From Podarcis filfolensis (taxonomy: Eukaryota), in NCBI GenBank assembly GCA_964270895.1, contig OZ185441.1: a DNA stretch of 64,000 nt; one strand, written 5' to 3'. The notes beneath the pieces were generated by a model that saw nothing but the letters and a program-made list of their open reading frames with translations, did not search any database and was not told the origin of the DNA. Positions 1 through 12,200 of this stretch are shown here, in pieces. The first letter of the stretch is position 1, and each line of letters starts with the position of its first letter. Made by a program: the position numbers and the translations under genes.

Positions 1-251
1 TCCTTGCTTTGTTTTCTCCAGAGCAACACCTTTGAGTTTTTCAGGGCTTTAATATGCTGCCGCTGCTGCTAAATGTTCTGTTGATACGGCCATTTTCAGC
101 AAGCAGTGGCATAACAGCACATCCTCAGCATATCAAAGATTCTGGAGCTTTGAAGTCTCCGAAACATTAGCTTTGCTAATGAACTGGGCTTGTGCGTAAG
201 CCACCTTGGTTTGCTGCACCTTCGCTTTCTGATTTTGATTTCTGCCTGATG

Positions 252-443
252 AGACTTGCCTTTGGTTCTAGGCAGAGGTGTCAATCTTTTTTTGGGGGGG
301 GGGGAGGGAAGGTAGGTAAGCCCTGCTTCACATAATTGATCGCAAGACTTGCCTTTGGTTCTAGGCAGAGGTGTCAATCTTTTTTTGGGGGGGGAAGGGA
401 AGGTAGGTAAGCCCTGCTTCACATAATTGATCGCAAGACTTGC
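252..443. repeat. Tandem duplication of about 92 bp
   Basis: Units 252-344 and 345-435 differ essentially only around the T/G homopolymer. Confidence 0.85.
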
Positions 444-645
444 TGCACGGACACCCTTTGAATGGCAATGCCCATCAACTTTGGATGGGGGCAGGCCTCC
501 TCAAATATTTTATGGTGGGGGGAGCAAAGGGATATTGATCGCTAGGCGTTGGCTCCTGTGGGACTCGGATTCTAAAGAAGATGGGTCAAATGAACATTGC
601 TAACTGTATGCATGCATGGAGGGAACTTGTGTGGGTAAGACACTA

Positions 646-764
646 CAGTGGTACCTCCGGTTGCAGACGGGATCTGTTCTGGAGGTCCAGTTGGATCCCG
701 AGGTTTCCGCAACCAGAGGCATCCTGAAGTTTACGTGACCAGAGGGTTACGTAACTGGAGGTAC
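646..764. mobile_element. Tc1/mariner-type MITE fragment
   Basis: TA|CAGTGGTACCTC left TIR; the right TIR GGAGGTAC is followed by a SINE. Confidence 0.6.
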
Positions 765-768
765 TGGA

Positions 769-1030
769 GCCAGCATGGTTTAGAGGTTAAGAGCAGTGCA
801 CTCGTAATCTGGTGAACCGGGTTCGCTTCCCTGCTTCTCCACATGCAGCTGCTGGGTGACCTTGGGCTAGTCACACTTCTCTGAAGTCTCTCAGCCCCAC
901 TCACCTCACAGAGAGTTTGTTGTGGGGGAGGAAGGGAAAGGAGAATGTTAGCCGCTTTGAGACTCCTTAGGGTAGTGATAAAGCAGGATATCAAATCCCA
1001 AACTCTTTTTCTTCTACTACTACTACTACT
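769..1030 (+). mobile_element. tRNA-derived CORE SINE (Squam3/Ther1-like)
   Basis: tRNA-like head TGGTTTAGAGGTTAAGAGC, core GGGTGACCTTGGGCTAGTCAC, CTT/CTA tail; at least 5 near-identical copies in the window. Confidence 0.8.
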
Positions 1031-1732
1031 GTATTTATATCTTCTTTTTGAAGTCACTTCAGCCTCAGATGTACCCCTACATTGTAAAAACTCCTCTAGG
1101 ATAGTGAGGTTGCTGCTGAGATAACTACTTCAAAAAACCCTCCAATGATGCCACGAAGGTGGCGTAGTGCCTGTTTTGTTATTTAACTGTGCTATTTTCT
1201 GCTGATGGCTTCTGCTCCTGGGTTTTGAAATGTGCTTACCTATACGTCTCCAGATTGTCGGGAGAGAAGATACATCTTTAACTCATTAGCTATAATGCAT
1301 ACATTGTGAAATAGGGGCAGAATTGTATCTCTTATCATGATCACTGTACTCAACAAAGAAGCACATGTGTCTGTTCGGAGAAGCTTGACTTTAATTATTA
1401 TAAACTGCTCAGACATTGACTAATACTTTAAGTGTACTGTAGGTCAATTTGTAACAGATTCACAATGAATTGCATCTCCTTAAAAGTGTGCCTGTTTGAG
1501 CTTTGGTCTTCTTCATTTTTCTTACAGCTACCTGCCCTTATTTTGTGCATCACCACCCTGCATCAGGGATCGGGGGAAAATTCAGCTCAGTTCACATTTA
1601 CAGACAAACCTACCAAATCTGCACTTCTGCAAAGTGGAACCCAGCTGTCCTTCAAAATTCGCAGTTTCCTGAATTTTGCAGTGCAGTTCTCTGACTGAGT
1701 GATGTGTACAAAAATGCATACACTAGGGTAAA

Positions 1733-1981
1733 GCCAGTGTGGTGTAGTGGTTAAGAGCGGTAGACTTGTAATCTGGGGAACCGGGTTCGCATCTCCGCTC
1801 CTCCACATGCAGCTGCTGGATGACCTTGGGCTGGTCACACTTCTTTGAAGTCTCTCAGCCCCACTCACCTCACAGAGTGTTTGTTGTGGGGGAGGAAGGG
1901 AAAGGAGAATGTTAGCCGCTTTGAGACTCCTTCAGGTAGTGATAAAGTGGGATATCAAATCCAAACTCTTCTTCTTCTTCT
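1733..1981 (+). mobile_element. Squam3-like SINE
   Basis: Same consensus, (CTT)n tail. Confidence 0.8.
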
Positions 1982-2110
1982 AAAGTGTGCACATAAATGC
2001 ATATATTAGTGAAACCAGCATACAAAGACACACTGCATTAGGACATTTTCACGAGGATTATTTATTTGTAAAGGGGGGGCAGTGCACAGAAATGCTGTTT
2101 ACCTTCCCAC

Positions 2111-2251
2111 TGGAGCGGTATCTATTTATCTACTTGCACTATTTGGCAACAGGACAGAGCAACAGGAGCTCACCCCGTCACGGGGATTCGAACCGCCAAC
2201 CTTCCGATTGGCAATTCCAAGAGGCTCAGTGGTTTAGACCACAGCGCCACC
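2111..2251 (-). mobile_element. Sauria SINE, partial
   Basis: Reverse complement of the 5' half of the copy at 5586-5933. Confidence 0.75.
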
Positions 2252-3428
2252 TAAATCCCAGCCTTTGCTAAATTCAGGAATATATGAGTTTTCTCCGATT
2301 CGGACACTTCACTGAAGGCAGAGATTATGGGGAGTCTGCCCCCCCCCATTTCATAATATAAATGCTGGCAGAAGGGCAGAGCTCTCCATTTCTCATCTGT
2401 CAGCAGATGTATTTCTCTCTCTCCATGCTTAGTTATCTTTGAGTGCTTAGTTACATGGCCCTACAGTACAATGCCATGCACACCACTTTTGTCTTCATAG
2501 TTTGTGTTCTATCAGCCAACCAGCAGGCTAAATGCTAAACTTCCATTAGCTCCTTTAATTATCTGCGCAATGCAAACATTTTACCACTTTGCACTTATAC
2601 CACCCGTCAACCTTTATACTCTTATTAGTACATGTTGCCACTGTAGCACTGCACCCATAATGGGGAGACAGAACTACTCTGAGGATGATAATATCTAGCA
2701 TTTATATAGCCAATTTCAGGCTGTGAAAGCACTTTGCATACATTGACTTGCCAGTCATTACAATAGCCTTGCAGACAACAGGCAATTATCGCTATAACAT
2801 CCACAGCAGAGATGTGTGAGTGGGACGAGGGGTGCAGATGAGACAATAGTGGTTTGGTAAAGGCAAAGGGTTCTTGACTCCAGTGGGATATGAACAAGGG
2901 ACCATGCAGTTCATGGCTTGCATATACATTCCCACTCAGCAGGCAATTTTGGTTATGGAAAAACTTTTGGGGAAGCACCTGACTTCTACTGGTAATGTAT
3001 CAGCGCAGGGCACATTAGGCGAGATCAAGACTAGGCTGCTAAAATTCTAATAAATTTTCAGAGAAGGTAAGTATTTTTTTTTACTTTATTTGTTTGTTTT
3101 GAAGGTTGGCAACGCCCCACCCTTATTCCAAATCCTCAGGTGTGAGTCAAGAATATCTAGGGAAGGTGATGAATGTGCTTGAGCCTCAATCTTCACTTAC
3201 ATCTTTTTCACCCAAGGCTGATTCTGCTTGCAGCACCAAGCCGTAGTGTTGCATAACAACATAAAACAACAGCAGCCACAAGACAGCCTGCAGTCGTTCC
3301 TAGAAAGCTCCAGAAACTGCTTTTTACACAATTCTGTGCACTTACAGTGAAACACTGATGATGTTCTATACAGAGGGTTTTGAACAGTGTTCTTTGGATT
3401 ATCAGGGACCTTGGCAGGCAGGCTATTT

Positions 3429-3564
3429 CAGGCTTCCTCAACCTTGGCCCTCAGGATGTTTTTGACCTACAACTCCCATGATCCCTAGCTAGCAGGACCA
3501 GTGGTCAGGGATGATGGGAACTGTAGTCTCAAAACATCTGGAGGACCGAGGTTGAGGAAGCCTG
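3429..3564. mobile_element. hAT-type MITE
   Basis: TIR CAGGCTTCCTCAACCT, 8-bp TSD GGCTATTT/GGCTATCT. Confidence 0.8.
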
Positions 3565-4839
3565 GGCTATCTGGAAGACGAGTTAACCAATCTCTGCTAT
3601 TACTATTATGCAGCCCCTGGAGAGCGTCGAGAGTATTCCAGAATCAGGTGCATTGCTAGTTCACACAGGGCAATTCTGAGGTCCAACAGACCAGATCAGT
3701 GCTCCATGTGCACATCAATCTTTGGCTTGTGGGCCTAATTAGGCCCACCATATCTCCTTGAGCTATTTTGGCCAAGCCATGTGCACCTGTCGTGCACCTA
3801 ACATCACATATGAAGCTATATGAGGTCAGGGGTAGGGCACACAGAAAGGGTGTCTCTGATCAGGCATCTCTGATCATCAACTCCTGCAAAGGCCTGTGCC
3901 CAGCATTTTGCAAGCAAAATGATTAATTGTTTGGCCTTCCATAGTGTAGTATACAGTGCTTTGAAAGCACTGACAACCAGCTGATTTTCAGGGCTTGCAA
4001 AACAAAGGCAGGCTCGTTCCTTATATTCCCTGCCCCCACATGCCAAATTTGAATGAAGTCAGGTGAACTTTTTTGCACAGCATGGTGCATAGGGCTTTGC
4101 AAGCCCCACTGATCAACTGGTCATTGAGCTTTGCAAAACCCAGTGCACAGCACTATGAAAAAGAGGTTACCTGATATCATTGTGACATCAGGGGATTGAC
4201 AAGTGAGAAGCCCCACCTACATCTCGAACGTGGCCCAAGTGGAGGCAGGAAATGAGGATCCAGCTAACCAGCTTGATCAACTTCCCAACCCCCCCTAGAA
4301 AAGGCTTGAGGAAGAGGTTGTTGAACTCTCAGCTCCCACCAGCCCCGGTCAGCATGGACGATGATCAAGAATGATGGGAGATGTAATCCAACAACATCAG
4401 GAGGACTATAGTTTCCCCATCCCTTCTCTGTAATATGCATAGGAGTTCCATGGAATAAAGGCAATGAGGAAAGAATGACCGGAAGATCAAAAATGTGACA
4501 ATCACTACATCAGCCACATTAACTGTGAATGCCAACACTGAATCACTTGCAGACGTTAAAGAATAGTTTCATAATACTGATTTGTGTGTGTGTGTTTTAA
4601 TGCTTTCAAATTGTTGGAGTGTAAGACTTCTGTGGGCGAGTTATAGATGCACCATGCATGATTGTTAACTTTCTACCTGTTTGCTCTGTACTCCAATTAA
4701 GATTCAGTGATGGCGATTATTACCAAGTATTACCATTAATGAACAAAATTTATTTTATGCCTCTTACACCAGCATAATTAGTCAGATTAAATTTCTATAC
4801 TTCCTTAAAGATTTGTAGATGCAAGCTAGATCTGTGCCA

Positions 4840-4921
4840 GTGGAGGTGGAAGAGGATCATTATAAATGACCCCGGTCCATAGGAACACACATCACTCTCC
4901 ATTAGACTCCTTGAAGGCAAG
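4840..4921 (+). promoter_or_regulatory. Core promoter and non-coding exon 1 of serpin gene A
   Basis: GTGGAGGTGG 4840-4849, TATAAA 4861-4866, Inr-like TCACTCT 4892-4898, donor AAG|GTAAAT after 4921; same layout as promoters of genes B, C, D. Confidence 0.7.
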
Positions 4922-5585
4922 GTAAATGTCTATCCTTTTCGAGGGTGATTGAAATGCTGGATTAAGTTAAGGGGCTTTGCAAAAATAGAAGTTGCTAAAG
5001 AAATGGGTGGGGGAAGATGATCATTGCTAACATGCCTTGTGTCTGGCATTTTGGAGAAGGAGATTATGCTAACCCTAGTACTGCTTTTACTGCATCCCCC
5101 ATGACCTCCAGGTCTGGCTGGCTGGCTTTCCCAGGCCACAACCCTTCCTAGGCCACACGGCTTTATAGATCTGCTCTTGCCTGGCTGAAATGCCTGGCCC
5201 CGGCCTCTACTGGTATGTGGCCCCTGGAAGGTTGCCCATGGGAGAAAATGACTCTTAGGCTGAATTTTTTTCCCCTTTATCCATGCTCCATGCTACACCA
5301 ACTCTCAAATGGTAGAGCTATTCCTTAACGGTACTGCTGCTTCCTGTTAAAGTCACCCCCCCCCCGGACAGAAAGCAAACAAATATGTTCGGATTTTCTC
5401 CCCATCCCGCTGATTTCCTGCATGCTGGGAGAGTGTTTCTTGGATGTCTGCATCCAGCCATTCAATTCCGACATCTGCATTCTGAGTTCAGGAAATGCTG
5501 CACCTCTTGATTCTGGTTGATTGCATAACCTGGTGCTTGGCTGCAAATGGTAATCTGTAATTTGTCAATGGGTATATGTAACTTG

Positions 5586-5933
5586 GAGGGACGCGGGTGG
5601 CGCTGTGAGTTAAACCACAGAGCCTAGGACTTGCTGATCAGAAGGTTGGCGGTTCGAATCCCCGCGACGCGGTGAGCTCCCGTTGCTCGGTCCCTGCTCC
5701 TGCCAACCTAGCAGTTTGAAAGCACGTCAAAGTGCAAGTAGATAAATAGATACCGCTCCAGCGGGAAGGTAAACGGCGTTTCCGTGTGCTGCTCTGGATT
5801 CGCCAGAAGCGGCTTAGTCATGCTGGCGACAGCATGTACGCCGGCTCCCTCGGCCAATAAAGCGAGATGAGTGCCGCAACCCCAGAGTCGGTCACGACTG
5901 GACCTAATGGTCAGGGGTCCCTTTACCTTTACC
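5586..5933 (+). mobile_element. Sauria SINE, near full length, in intron 1 of gene A
   Basis: GGGACGCGGGTGGCGCTGTG head, ACCTTT tail, 13-bp TSD TATATGTAACTTG (5573-5585 and 5934-5946). Confidence 0.88.
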
Positions 5934-6095
5934 TATATGTAACTTGTAAGAAATTTAGTGGAGTTTCTTTTTTTTCACATCTTCATGCAGTGGAACCTTA
6001 CAAAGAGATGCAATTCAGAAGCCACAGATGCTCTTTTTGTGGTTCCTATTCTTCTTATTTCTCTTCTCTCCCCCCCCGAACATTCAGATTTCACA

Positions 6096-6263
6096 ATGAC
6101 CACCCTCAGTGAGGCAAATGCTAAGTTTGCCCTAGACTTTTACCGCCAGGTGGTCCATGAGCACCCATGCGAAAATGTCCTGTTTTCTCCTGCGAATCTC
6201 ACAGCAGCAGTTGGCCTGCTCCTCTATGCCTCTGGTTGTGATACAGCAGCTCATTTGGAAAAG
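6096..6263 (+). CDS. Gene A exon 2 (first coding exon)
   Basis: Acceptor CAG| at 6087, ATG 6096, MTTLSEANAKFALDFY...HLEK, donor GTAGGT; 168 bp. Confidence 0.93.
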
Positions 6264-9200
6264 GTAGGTATCAAATTGCACTGTTCTATTATTATTTTCA
6301 TGCTTAGTTTGACAAGTGTGTGTGCATGTGTTGTAAATAAACTCAATAAAAACAACAACAAATTGCACTGCTACAACCTTAGGAAGTCTTACATGTGCCA
6401 CTTTAGTGTATTAATTGCCTTGTAAGTAGTACATCTTTTCCTTCCCAATATATATTATTACATTAAAAAAAAAAACCCACAATCTAACAACATCTGAAAA
6501 AGTGAATGAGTAGGTGCCCCAGATTTATAGTAGTAGCTATTTAGCAGTAGTAGCTATTTATTTCTTAATTGCCCTCCTCAAATATTGCTCCAGGTGATGT
6601 AAACAATTTTTAAAAAAATACATTTTAAGAGAGAGGATAGCTCAGTTGGTAGAGCATGAGACTCTTGATCTCGGGGTCATGGTTTTAAGCCCCACATTGG
6701 GTGAAAGATTCCTGCATTGCAAGGGGCTGGACTGCATTGCCCTGGTGGTCACTTCCAACTCTACAATTCTATGATTCTATACATGCACAAGCAATTTCAC
6801 CTTAGATTATGCACTAGAGATACGTTTTCCAACACTCTAAGCCAGCTGTCAGCAACCTTGCACCCTCCAGATATTTTGGACTTCAACTCCCATCAGATCC
6901 CAGCCATGTTTTTGTCATCCAAAACATCTGGAGGACACCAGGCCAGGGAAGATTTCACAACAACAATAATATCCTCATCCTGTTTGTAATATTTGCCCAT
7001 TATATCCAGTCTTTGGAGAGTAGCCATAGCTATAGCTAAGTGGTAGAGTACATGCCTTGCACACAGAAAGTCTCTTGTTATATACCTAGCATCTCCATCT
7101 TAAAAGGATAAGGTGGAAGGTTAAAGTAAGAGGTCTGCTTGACACCCTGGAGAACAACTGTCAGCCAGGGTAGACAACACTGGGATAGATGGACAATCTT
7201 GACTCGGAACAAGGCATCTTCCTACATTCCTAGTCTTGCTACATTCAAGTATATTGTTGACGTGAACGAGCAGTTGCACAATCCCAAGTAGAGCAAGTCA
7301 GCAACTGGTCTGAATACACATGACACAGCTCCACTAGTAAGTTAAGCTAGTTTGGACCTGTACTCTACTTAGGAGAAACGTATATGTTAGTCACTCTGTG
7401 GTCTTATGAAAGAGTATGCTCTACAGCTTCTACTGTTAGAAGATTAATGGAAATCCAAGGAAGAGGAGATCAAAATATTCAGTATAATGGGACAGACCTC
7501 CTGGATTGTGCTGCTTCAGGCTGCAAGGTGGTGGGGATAGGGATATCAGTTAGAAAACGATATTAGAAGAAAGGTCTAACTCTTTTTTATCCTTATATCT
7601 TATATCCAGACATTAAACAGTGCTTTTCTGACAATATGGTTTCTAAACGCTTTATGTGCTTTGACCTTATCGTACCACAGATATGCATGCCAACCAAATA
7701 CATTGTTGAAACCTTCTAAGTCCAACACATCAGTATTTTCAAGAAGCAGCCATTCTCTCAGCCAGCAAAAAGTGGCTGATTCATAATAAAGTTTAAGGTC
7801 TGGCAGGGCAAATCCACCTCTTTCTTTAGCATCAGTTAATATCTTAAATTTTATTCGAGGCTTCTTGCCCTGCCAGACAAATCTGGAAATATCTCTCTGC
7901 CACTTCTTGAAACAGTCCATTTTGTCTAAGATTTGCAATGTTTGAAACAAAAACAATATCCTTGGCAACACATTCATTTTTGTCACAGCAATTCGGCCTA
8001 ACAGTGATAACTTCAGATTTGACCATATTTCTAAGTCCTTTTTCACTTCAATCCAACATTTTTCATCGTTATCCTTAAATAAATTCACATTCTTAGCAGT
8101 CATATTAACCCCTAAATATTTCACTTTCTTAACCAGTGTTAATCCTGTCTCCTTCTGAAACTTATCTCTCTCAGTCACAGTTAGATTTTTCTCTAAAACC
8201 TTAGTTTTCATCTTGTTCAACTTAAAGCCTGCTACCTGTCCAAATTCTTGAATCAGTTCCAGTACTCTTTTAGTACTAGATTCTGGTTCCTGTAAAGTCA
8301 ATACCAAATCATCAGCAAATGCTTTCAGTTTGTACTGTTTAGCTCCCACTTGCATACCTTTAACCAATTGGTCCCTTCTAATCATATTTAGCAAAACCTC
8401 CAGGACCGATATAAAAAGCAATGGAGAGATTGGGCAACCTTGTCGTGTTCCTTTCTCAATCCTAAATTCTTCCGTCACAACATTATTCACAATTAATTTA
8501 TCCTTTTGTTCTGAATAAATTGCACCTATACCATTTCCAAAACCTTGACCTACCCCCATCCCCTGTAGATTCTTCTTCATAAAACTCCAAGAGAAAGATC
8601 TAACTCTTTAATGGGGGAGGGGTAGTCATAAAAACACATTATATTGTTGTTTTGTTCAATGGCTTCATTGTCTAAAACAACAACAAAGAATCTTATTGTG
8701 AATGGTCTAAGCCAGGCTTGAAAAATGCCTGGCTTAGAGCCACTAAATCAACGATAGTCAATGTTGTTGGACACCAACTTGCATCAGACCTAGTCAACAT
8801 GGTCAGTGCTCAGGGATGATGTGAGCTATAATCTAACAACAGCTGTAGGACATTATATCTACTGTCCCCACACTGAGGGCTTATCCACACTTACTTTTCC
8901 TCCACGCTTTCCATACATGGTCTGTACCTTAAAGCTCCATCTGAGCGCCCTCACTTTTTAATTTTGCTCTAGAGCTTTTCCCGTAAATTCCCACTCTTTA
9001 CTGTTGAATTGGAGCAAGTGGCAATACATAGAAAACCCAAATGGTTGTTTGCTCTGTTTCAGCTTTAAAGAACGGGTTTTCACGGGGAAAGCTCCGGAGC
9101 AAAAAAGAGAGAGGGGAGCTAGGACACAGAATTTGTGCCTGGAAAGAGTGAGGCAAAATATATTTGTGGATAAGCCTGGGCCACATGCAAAACATCAGTC

Positions 9201-12200
9201 ATATATAGGGTGTCACTGGGGATGGGGTCCAGGGGGGCTCAATAAAGTTCCTAAGGAGCAAAAGTGGGGAGGTTGACCTGTATCTCCCTGTCGCATTCAT
9301 CAATTCTTCCATACTCTCAAAGAAAAGCACCCATGTGTATGCTTGTTTGAAAGAATCCTTATTTAGGGGAAAGAACAATATCTCCTCTGTAAGGATTTGG
9401 GTTCACATTTTATCTTTCCCACAATTAATGAACTAACTAGTATTGTCTCATTGTTTACTTCCATGACTGAAGTTCTCTTACAATTCCATTCCAGATACTT
9501 CACTGGGATGAACTTAAAGAGTGTGCCGCTCCAGTACGGAGAAGATATTTCAGGACAAGAAGAAGCTATGGTCGCTTGGAAGACAGACTAAGAACTCCTT
9601 TATATTTTCGTACCTCTCCAACAGTGGTATTTCTTTATTTAACTTTCTTGTATTTTGCTTGAATTAGACCAGTAGCTAAAAGTATTCAGTAGTTTGGGAA
9701 ACAAGCAATGCATAGTCAATTGACTAACAATTATATAATTGTTTTAATGAACTTTTTGCTGCTGTTTGCTTTTATTTATATGCTATTGTGGTAGATATAG
9801 TGATTGCAATGTTTATTGTTTTTAATGCTATTGTGATTATTGCGAGTCTCTTTGAGCTAAACCGGTTGATGGAAAAGCAGTATACAAATATTATATCAAA
9901 TATAGGGGAGAAGGGAATGTTGCCAGTTTAGTTGGGGGTAAAATCACACGCAACAGAGGGTTAGGACTGTGGATACATCTGAGGAGCTGGGGATGTGCAG
10001 ACAGCCTACAGTCAGGAAAACCGAAGGCAATAGATCGAGAAAGAGATATTTAAAAGAAAAGTGGATGCAGAAAAAGCAAAGGGCACAGAAGAAAGGGAAC
10101 TGTGCAAGAAGAGGTTGACCAGAGAACGAAGTTCTCTACAACTTTACAAGAAGATAAGGATGGGGATGTTCTGCTATGTGGGAAAGGAAAATGGAAAGAT
10201 AAGCAGACAGTGGCAGGAAAAGCTATGGTGCTGTTGAAATCTGTAAGTTGCGGGTTCACACATTTCAGAAGTTATTCATCTGGTTTATGGAGGGCAGTGA
10301 CAGGGGTTGGGCGAACATGCTCTTCTCCACTCTCTCTCAAACAATTCCAATTGTGTGTGTTGGGGTGGAGCATGCATTAATTAGAATGTGTCAAGGGGTC
10401 TATCGAGAAGAGATGATTCTTGTGAAGGGGAGAATGCATCAACTTGCTCTGTGTTTTCTTGGGGAGGGCCTCTGCACACTGCTTAATAGTTTGTTTTCCC
10501 ATACTACATTAAATGGACAGCATTTGACATTCCACTGGACACAGAAGTGCTTTGTTTTCATTTTAGGGCCTTCGCTCTCACGATATTAAAGAGGGGTTGC
10601 GTCTAGGAGCAGCTCCACGTGGCAGTCCTACAGACAGCAGGCAGAGACCCGAATCTCCATGTTGTCCTCCACATGAGGTAATGGACCCAAACTGGGAAAT
10701 GTAAGAGAATTAGTTGAGCTGTAAGAGCTAGTAAGACTTGATATTGTGTGTAGCTTCTAACAGCGTAATCCTAGCATGTTTACTCAGAAGTAGGGATGGA
10801 AGGGTGTGTCATTTTCAGTTCTCCCAGGTTCTCATTTTTCCAATCTTAAATTCAGTTCTCCACATTTCTGCTAAAAATGCATTTTATAGATTAAAAAATC
10901 CTCATAAAAATTCTTCAACATTTTAGTTCAAATTTCTCCTATTAAACACATCTTTGCATGCAGTTTTTTAAGGTTCTTATTTATATTTTCCAAATTTATA
11001 CATTTCATTAGTTTTCCAATCAATTTAACATTTCCAAATTTTGACTTCCCCTCTTTCTGCAGTTGCTTAAATTATCTTTTTAATATCTTCTGCATATCCA
11101 GGTTCAAATAACTTGCTCATTTATTTATCTACTGTAAATATATACACTAAAAAATTCCAGGTTATTACATCAATCCTGCTAATGTTTTTATCTGTTTACA
11201 GTTTATGTGTAAATATTCAGTAAACCATTTCCATTCTTTTATAAAAAGTTTGTTATCTTTGCATGTGGTTTTGACTGATATATTGCATCCTTGCAAGCAA
11301 TTTCTCCTGTTACAATGCATTTATATGCTATATTCACCTATATGTTCATATTTATGCACCGTATCCCCTAATATATGCATTTTTAAAAACACTCTTCATT
11401 GGAGAAATGCATCACAAAATTCAAATAAGTGTGAATTTCAAAGGATGGTTATGAACCCACCAGGTAGCCCTAAGAAAGCGACTCTTTCCCATCAGGAATA
11501 CAGAGTAAACCCTTGCAGGGTTATTTTTACTTTATTTTTAATATCTATTTATAGCCCTTTATAGTTTTGTGGTTTTATTTTATGATTTTGATCATTTGTA
11601 CTTTTTATAATTGTGATAACAAAACAGTTTGTTTTAAGAAGTGCAAAAATAGTATGTGATGTTCTTTGAACACTTAGTGTAGTGGTTAAGAGCAGTGGAC
11701 TTGTAATCTGGTGAACCAGGTTCGATTCCCCACTCCTCCACATGCAGCTGTTGGGTGACCTTGGGCTAGTCACACTTCTCTGAAGTCTCTCAGCCTCACT
11801 CACCTCACAGAGTGCTTGTTGTGGGGGGATGAAGGGAAAGGAGATTGTTAGCTGCTTTGAGACTCCTTAGGGTAGTGATAAAACGGGATATCAAATCCAA
11901 ACTCTTCTTCTTCTTGACAAAATGCTGAGTATTAGTACTATTATACGTGGAAAATTGGAGAAACATGCAGCACAGGTTTTAATAAAGAATGAGTGATTCC
12001 AGGTCTCCTGTATAGTAGCCCCTTCAATATGTTCTATGGGTGGAAGTCAACCACATTTTACTGAGAGCAGACCCATTGAAATTAATGAGAAAGACTATTA
12101 GGTCCTTAAATGTCAGTAAGTATACTCTGAGTAAAACTTAGTTGAATACCAACCTTTGTAATAGACTCTGTAGAGAAACATCCAAAGCAGTTGAAGATGT

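Noticed and set aside
731-1057. Recurring ORFs containing GAERLQRSVTSPRSPSSCMWRS (also 1587, 11549, 50729, 58777)
   Set aside because: Antisense translations of the Squam3-like SINE, not a protein family
3000-3072. Alternative exon 1 for gene A (AAG|GTAAGT near 3066)
   Set aside because: No TATA or GT box and no paralog support; 4840-4921 matches the other three promoters
5958-6095. N-terminal extension of gene A from ORF 5958
   Set aside because: It crosses the polypyrimidine tract and acceptor at 6087; the paralogs all start at MT(T/S)L
6632-6705. Possible tRNA-Lys gene
   Set aside because: T-arm and acceptor stem are degenerate and it runs straight into a LINE-type tail; it is a SINE head
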